Below, piece by piece: positions 18,766-24,000 of a stretch of 24,000 bases of DNA. The DNA is taken from positions 58,443 to 82,442 of the forward strand of contig JAHUUI010000003.1 in NCBI GenBank assembly GCA_019218315.1. Direction: 5' to 3'. Position 1 is the first letter of the stretch. Every line of letters begins with the position of its first letter. A program made the position numbers and the translations under genes. The notes beneath the pieces were generated by a model. The model was not told where the DNA came from. It made no database searches and saw only the letters and a program-made list of their open reading frames with translations. The DNA comes from Cardiobacteriaceae bacterium TAE3-ERU3. Lineage in GTDB: Bacteria > Pseudomonadota > Gammaproteobacteria > Cardiobacteriales > Cardiobacteriaceae.

Positions 18766-19034
18766 GGTACTAACAATTTTACTTACGATCTACAATCATA
18801 TTTTAATTTCTATAATCAGATATCAATTAGTACACTTTTGCTATATTCACACGCAGTAATTTGATTGTCGTTGTAAAGTCATCGATGTAACTGCACCAGT
18901 ATCAGGGCGCAATTATTAATCGAGCAGTAATACCAAAGTTGTAGCTGTATCACTGCATTCCACGATCCTAAACAAAACAGTTTTTACATTATTGCCCTGT
19001 TCAATTTTATGGGCTATTCGCTGGGTTCCAGTTA

Positions 19035-20027
19035 TTAGGATGTTGTATCTGCATCATCATGTAATTCATCGAAAACATCTGCAAGCAAAGCTGTCGCGAA
19101 ACTGCCTCGTGGCAAAGAGAAAGACAAGCGCAGCTCATCATTATCCAACCATTCATGGCTCATATCAGATGGCTGGACGACCAAAGCACGGCAATCCTGA
19201 TCACAATGATGCTGCAAATAATCAACAGCTGCTTCATGACCAGCATATGCTTGTTTACGAATAGCTTGGGCACGACCACTGGCTTGTTGCTTGCTTTTCC
19301 CAACCAATATTCCAGCTGGTGCAATATCTCCACTAGCACATCTTGCCAGCAACTCTTCATCAATATGCTTAACGATAAAATGGCTGTTGCTACCGGCAAG
19401 CATTGCATAATCTCCATCGACGAGTGAACCTGCATTTCCCAACTCGCGACGGGCTTCGAGCTCCAAGTTAAATAGCCATGCACGTAAGGTTGACAGCGTT
19501 TGAGCACGTTCATCGCGCTTTTTCGGCAAGCTACTACGCTCTACCCAGCGCAGCGCTCGATCAAGATTATTGCGCCCAAAGCGTTGCTCACCAAAACTAT
19601 TGGCAAAACCTTGTGCTTTAATTTGAGCCAAACGCTGATCGATTGTGGCTTTATCGCCACTCACTTGGCGTAAATACAGGGTAAAGTTATTGCGCCGATG
19701 AGTACCAATACGCAGTTTTTTCTGATGCAACCCGTGCTCAATAATTTGCCAACCCTCACCACTATCGGGCAAGCCTACAGCATCACGCGCAGGCAGGCAT
19801 AACCATTGCCGAGTCACAGCATGACGATCTTTTAGGCCACTGTGGCTAATCAATTTGCCCGGACAATCAAGTAACCGCGACCACTCACGCTTAAGAAAGG
19901 CAGTATTCATCCCACGCTTCTCGACATAGCACCATAAATGCTCACCGTCACCACTTAGCGGAAAATCAATAATTTCATCAACGACGAAATCTTCCGGCTT
20001 TGTTTTAATCACTGCACTGGTATGCAT
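19035..20027 (-). CDS. truD: tRNA pseudouridine(13) synthase TruD
   Basis: 330 aa. TruD hallmarks are present: PEDFVVDEI...GDGEHLWCYVEKRGMNT and the catalytic-Asp motif GLKDRHAVTRQW. AGGAAAG SD. Confidence 0.9.
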   Translation of the reverse strand: MHTSAVIKTKPEDFVVDEIIDFPLSGDGEHLWCYVEKRGMNTAFLKREWSRLLDCPGKLISHSGLKDRHAVTRQWLCLPARDAVGLPDSGEGWQIIEHGLHQKKLRIGTHRRNNFTLYLRQVSGDKATIDQRLAQIKAQGFANSFGEQRFGRNNLDRALRWVERSSLPKKRDERAQTLSTLRAWLFNLELEARRELGNAGSLVDGDYAMLAGSNSHFIVKHIDEELLARCASGDIAPAGILVGKSKQQASGRAQAIRKQAYAGHEAAVDYLQHHCDQDCRALVVQPSDMSHEWLDNDELRLSFSLPRGSFATALLADVFDELHDDADTTS

Positions 20028-20097
20028 AGTCTTTCCTTGTCAAAGTAATTCAGTAAAAAATGTATCGGCTTTAAGTCACCAACACTGCATGCATCAT

Positions 20098-22302
20098 TCA
20101 AAGTGCCGATATCTTACTGCCAAGGCGCTGCATATACAGTGCCTGCTCATGTTCTAGCAGCATCTGCAGTGAAACCGTCATATTTTGCTTTTGTGCAGTG
20201 AGTAGATTCAGTAAGGCAATATAGAGTTCAGGCCGATCGGTCAGCTCTGCACGCTGATACAAAGTCGCAGCATCTTCAGGCGCGAGCTGATATTGCGCAT
20301 TTCGAGTCATGCGCGGTTGGAAAGACTTAACCCACGAATCAACCGCCTCAGCAGTGACCTCAACCAGCTTTTGACGGCTCAATACCACGCGATCATGGGC
20401 CCGGAGAATCCCCATGGCTCGCCCTCTACGCACATCTTCTGGAGGGCAAATGGTCGCTATACGAGATAAAACAGCATAAAGTTGCTCAAGATTTTGCGCG
20501 CGTGACAAATATGGCAAACGGCGCAACCATTCAAACCATATTGCCCCCATAGATGGAAGATCATTCGCGGACGCCTGCATATACCACTTGACGTTCACAT
20601 CCAGCAAGACTTGATCAGCCTGCATGATAATAGCCGCACCAAAATCGCCAAGAATGCCACTAAAAGACATAATGACCGAACGAGGATGGGTATGAAGTGC
20701 CATCACCAGCTCATTCAGGTCATGGTGTAAATCAGCAAAGCGGGCAAGTGCCTCTTCACTATCTGGCCATCCTGATAACTCCCCAAAGCTACGGCCATGG
20801 TGATAAACCAGCAGATACAGCTCAGCTTGCCGAGCATAAGCACAGGCTTCAAGCAACTCATGCACCAGTGCAGGCTCAGCTGTCAGTGTGTCTTTATGTG
20901 GCTGCCATACCAGCATTTTATCTTGATAAACCCAAGATGAACTGACTTCCTGCTTGTGCAGCAATCGTGCATCAGAAATAAATGGGTTAGACGGCTGTGC
21001 TTTACGAGCCACCACCTTCCGTTGATGCTGCCAAAATGGCAATGGGTTGTAAGTCAGCACCTCCTGCTTTGCATCCGCAAAACAAGAAGCCTCAATCTCA
21101 GCCAGGCCAAACTCACGAGAGAGCTTATATAATCCCGTTTCCCATGAAAATGCCTGAATTAAAATCGTATCAATCACATCAGGTGCGATACCAACATCAG
21201 CAACCAGATAAAGAGCGTATTGCCACCAATCACGCAGCAGTGCACAAATAAATTGCGCCTGTGGATGAGAGGATTGAGAAAGTGCCTGCCAGTCCCGCTT
21301 GCGAAAAGCCTGATACACATCTGCATCAACTTTAATGCTTTCATGGCGCTGCCCATCCATATCTTCCAGCATATAGGGCTTATAGCTGTAATCATAAAAA
21401 CCATGATATGCAGCACGGCCTAAGCGCCCCTGTTCAGCAAGTTGCTCAAACCACGGTGATATATCAAGCATCTCTCCAAACTGCATTTTCTCAGCTGGCG
21501 TACTTCGCTTGGCCCCCTCTATCACTCGATCCAAGCCAATATGATCAAGTAAATGACATAACCCACCGATAGGGCAATGGCCAACCATTCGCGTCAACCC
21601 TTCAAACTCAGGCAAGCTGATGTTCGAGCGCTCGAAATGATAAAAAGCGATGTTGGTTAAGCCGATAATCAATCGGGTAGTAATGTAATTCGGCCTATCG
21701 GGTGCTTCTATAACATCAAAATCAAAGTAACCACGAAAATAATCAGCTACTTTATTGATCAGGCGTACATCACTATGCCTGATCGGTATCAGCTCAATTA
21801 AGCGCTGAAACCGTGGCGGGCGAAAAAAGTGGATTCCGATGAAGCGGGAACGCAGCCCAGCAGGCAATGCATGGCTAATTTCATTCATCGACAATCCCGA
21901 TGAATAGGACATCAGAACGCAGTCGCGCGCCAAAAATGGTGCTAAGCGCGACCACAAGCCCCGCTTGGCGGAAGAATCTTCATCAAGACACTCAATAATC
22001 AGATCATGCTCAGCCAATAACCCGCGATGATCCTGATAATTTCTCGCTTCTATCCAGTTCGCTGTTTCAGGCCCGCTCAATGGTGGCGGATGGCTACTGT
22101 GCAATTTTTCAATAGCGGCTTTGGCAATGCCATTCGGATCATCAGGCAAAGGCTTATCGTAAAGCCTGACAAGAATACCGGCATTGGCAAATAAAGCCGC
22201 TATCTGTGCGCCAAATGTTGTCGCGCCAAGAATGGCAGGACGTTGAAAAAATTCATCAGCAATCTTGTGCTTATTGCCGCTTTTCCCGCCATTTATCCCC
22301 AT
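20098..22302 (-). CDS. FadB-like 3-hydroxyacyl-CoA dehydrogenase / crotonase-fold fusion protein with degenerate cofactor and catalytic motifs (possible pseudoenzyme)
   Basis: 734 aa from the ATG at complement 22300-22302, which lies 1 nt after the upstream gene's TAG. The architecture is an N-terminal HCDH-like domain followed by a C-terminal crotonase-like domain. Several motifs differ from the canonical ones found in the adjacent paralogue. The dinucleotide-binding loop reads GATTFG instead of GxGxxG. SYSSGL replaces NTSSL, HFFRP replaces HFFNP, and PNYITTR replaces PGFxxNR. The crotonase region GILGDFGAAIIMQAD replaces GGGxExAL.xD. The track's 763-aa version would overlap the upstream gene by 86 nt. 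Confidence 0.75.
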   Translation of the reverse strand: MGINGGKSGNKHKIADEFFQRPAILGATTFGAQIAALFANAGILVRLYDKPLPDDPNGIAKAAIEKLHSSHPPPLSGPETANWIEARNYQDHRGLLAEHDLIIECLDEDSSAKRGLWSRLAPFLARDCVLMSYSSGLSMNEISHALPAGLRSRFIGIHFFRPPRFQRLIELIPIRHSDVRLINKVADYFRGYFDFDVIEAPDRPNYITTRLIIGLTNIAFYHFERSNISLPEFEGLTRMVGHCPIGGLCHLLDHIGLDRVIEGAKRSTPAEKMQFGEMLDISPWFEQLAEQGRLGRAAYHGFYDYSYKPYMLEDMDGQRHESIKVDADVYQAFRKRDWQALSQSSHPQAQFICALLRDWWQYALYLVADVGIAPDVIDTILIQAFSWETGLYKLSREFGLAEIEASCFADAKQEVLTYNPLPFWQHQRKVVARKAQPSNPFISDARLLHKQEVSSSWVYQDKMLVWQPHKDTLTAEPALVHELLEACAYARQAELYLLVYHHGRSFGELSGWPDSEEALARFADLHHDLNELVMALHTHPRSVIMSFSGILGDFGAAIIMQADQVLLDVNVKWYMQASANDLPSMGAIWFEWLRRLPYLSRAQNLEQLYAVLSRIATICPPEDVRRGRAMGILRAHDRVVLSRQKLVEVTAEAVDSWVKSFQPRMTRNAQYQLAPEDAATLYQRAELTDRPELYIALLNLLTAQKQNMTVSLQMLLEHEQALYMQRLGSKISAL

Positions 22303-22303
22303 A

Positions 22304-24000
22304 CTACGGTGTCTGCCACCATGGATCCGGGGTAAATCTCTCACCATATTGAGCCGAGAGGCGCTCAAGTTCTTTAACCACCTCATCATAACCCAGGCTT
22401 TGTGCGTAATTCATCGGCCCACCACGGAATGGCGCAAAGCCAGTGCCAAATACGCAACCTGCATCGACAAGATCAACATCATCGACGACTTCTTTACGCA
22501 GGCACCATGCACAAGCATTGAGATAGCTCATGATCAAGCGCTGCTGTACTTCCTTGATTGTCATCTCGTCGGCGTTTACTTCGCCCTTTTGTGGCTTGCC
22601 ATCGGCGTAGCTGTAAAAGCCTTTGCCTGATTTGCGCCCAAGATTGCCTGCTTCAACCAGCTTATCAAGTTCGCTGTTATCCGGGCTGTCGATAAATTCG
22701 TGCATGGTTTCAGCAATAGCGCGACACACATCCAAGCCAACCGTATCAGCCAACTCAATTGGCCCCATCGGCATACCAAAATCTTCTGCTGCTTTATCAA
22801 TTGCAGCTTTGTCGATACCGTCTTGATAGCATTTCAATGCTTCAAACAAATATGGCACCAGCACGCGGTTGACCAAAAATCCCGGGCTGGATTTAACCGG
22901 CAAAGGCAAGCGGCTGATTTTTGCCACATATTTTGCCGCACGATCCAGTGTTTCCTGGCTGTTTGCTTCCTGGTGGACAACCTCAACCAGTGGCATTTTT
23001 GCCACCGGATTAAAGAAGTGAATACCGAGCAGCCGCTCAGGTGCATCAAGACCTTGGGCAATATCTTCAAGGCGCAGGCTCGATGTATTGGTCGCGATGA
23101 TTGCATCCGGCTTAGCCTTTTGCAGGACGTCGGTAAATACCTTTTGCTTGACGTCAATCTTCTCGACAATCGCCTCAATGATCAGATCAGCCTTATCCAA
23201 CCCCCAACCATCTTTATCTAGCCGCAAACGCATTTTCGCTTCACGGTTGGCATCCTGATCGCGCAGTTTTTTATCAAACAACTTATTCGCTCTCGCACCA
23301 GCTTTATCGAGCTGCTCCTGCGAAAGATCACTCAGTGTAGTGTAAATACCTTGCATCGCTGACCACGCGGCAATATCGCCACCCATGGTGCCACCACCAA
23401 TGACATGTACATGCTTGACCGGATCAGCATCATTTTTGCCAAATCCTTTCAGTCTTTCCTGCAAGAAATACAGACGGATCAATGCATCAGATTGCGGCGT
23501 CTGGCGCAGCTTGACGAACGAATCTATTTCCGCATCTGCCATCGCCTTAAAATTACCGCCGTGCTCACGCCACAAATCAATAATGGCATAAGGTGCAGGA
23601 TAGTGATCTTTGCGTGCTTTTTTACTGACGGTATCTTCGATTTTCTTGGCGATGATACTGCGTACCGGCCCGAAAGACATCAGTTTGCTCTGCCAATTTC
23701 CGGGCTCACGACGCCCTTTTTCGACCAGCTTTTCACCAGCCACAAAAAGATCTTCTTTGCTATTGACCAGCTTGTCAGCGAGTCCTTGCTTGACCGCTTT
23801 GCTGCCGCGCAAGTTAAAGCCTTGCAGCATCATCGGCATGGCTTGAGTCGGTGGCAATAAGCGAGTCAGGCGAGCTGTGCCGGCAAACCCAGGGTGCAGG
23901 CCAAGTTTTACCTCAGGCACGCCAAGCTTGGCTGATTTTGTGATAACACGATAATCACAACACAATGCCAGCTCCAGCCCACCACCAAGGCAAAATCCAT
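22304..24000 (-). CDS. fadJ: Multifunctional fatty-acid oxidation protein, FadJ/FadB type (enoyl-CoA hydratase plus 3-hydroxyacyl-CoA dehydrogenase); the N-terminus lies beyond the right edge
   Basis: The reading frame is open to position 24000 (...DFALGGGLELALCCDYRV...). It has the crotonase motifs GGGLELAL and PEVKLGLHPGFAGT, and a canonical HCDH domain (VIGGGTMGGDIA, ATNTSSL, GIHFFNPVAKMPLVEVV, SSPGFLVNRVL). The MCCDY start in the track is an artefact of the window edge. Confidence 0.85.
   Translation of the reverse strand, partial: GFCLGGGLELALCCDYRVITKSAKLGVPEVKLGLHPGFAGTARLTRLLPPTQAMPMMLQGFNLRGSKAVKQGLADKLVNSKEDLFVAGEKLVEKGRREPGNWQSKLMSFGPVRSIIAKKIEDTVSKKARKDHYPAPYAIIDLWREHGGNFKAMADAEIDSFVKLRQTPQSDALIRLYFLQERLKGFGKNDADPVKHVHVIGGGTMGGDIAAWSAMQGIYTTLSDLSQEQLDKAGARANKLFDKKLRDQDANREAKMRLRLDKDGWGLDKADLIIEAIVEKIDVKQKVFTDVLQKAKPDAIIATNTSSLRLEDIAQGLDAPERLLGIHFFNPVAKMPLVEVVHQEANSQETLDRAAKYVAKISRLPLPVKSSPGFLVNRVLVPYLFEALKCYQDGIDKAAIDKAAEDFGMPMGPIELADTVGLDVCRAIAETMHEFIDSPDNSELDKLVEAGNLGRKSGKGFYSYADGKPQKGEVNADEMTIKEVQQRLIMSYLNACAWCLRKEVVDDVDLVDAGCVFGTGFAPFRGGPMNYAQSLGYDEVVKELERLSAQYGERFTPDPWWQTP

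Noticed and set aside
18992-19513. ORFs of 90-117 aa overlapping truD on either strand (18992-19264, 19155-19427, 19160-19513)
   Set aside because: These are shadow ORFs inside or antisense to a well-supported TruD coding frame, with low-complexity, unrecognisable products. The same reasoning applies to all other short ORFs in the track nested within the PTS, aga and fad genes.
22303-22389. The 29-codon N-terminal extension of the 763-aa ORF (start at 22389)
   Set aside because: It would overlap the 3' end of the upstream fadJ-like gene by 86 nt and adds residues with no counterpart in the family. The ATG at complement 22300-22302 sits 1 nt after the upstream stop and leaves a normal-length leader before the (degenerate) nucleotide-binding loop.

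Overview
This window reads as an ordinary chromosomal region from a Gammaproteobacteria-like genome, dominated by carbohydrate uptake. The PtsG, TruD and FadJ-type proteins look proteobacterial by eye. Order of features from left to right: (1) the 5' end of a creatinase gene (-), divergent from a GlxA/AraC-type regulator (+). (2) A plus-strand PTS block: ptsH, ptsI, a fructose-family EIIABC, a GH1 6-phospho-beta-glucosidase, and a glucose-type EIICBA (PtsG fused to an EIIA-Glc domain). (3) A small AT-rich islet between convergent terminators carrying an orphan Imm11/DUF1629-like immunity gene. (4) A complete minus-strand N-acetylgalactosamine/galactosamine operon: agaR-agaZ-agaS-EIIB-EIIC-EIID-EIIA-agaA. 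(5) About 1.5 kb of visibly AT-rich non-coding DNA containing a decayed kduD-like dehydrogenase pseudogene. (6) truD. (7) Two tandem FadB/FadJ-like genes. The upstream one is canonical and runs off the right edge; the downstream one has degenerate cofactor and catalytic motifs. I found no rRNA, tRNA, CRISPR array, transposase, integrase or recognisable defence system, and I cannot support a clear-cut new multi-gene system. The observations most worth follow-up are the non-canonical pairing of a Fru-family EIIABC with a GH1 phospho-beta-glucosidase, the motif-degenerate FadB-like paralogue coupled to a canonical fadJ-like gene, the orphan immunity gene islet, and the pseudogene-bearing AT-rich gap beside the aga operon. 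All homology statements come from by-eye comparison with remembered family motifs, not from database searches.
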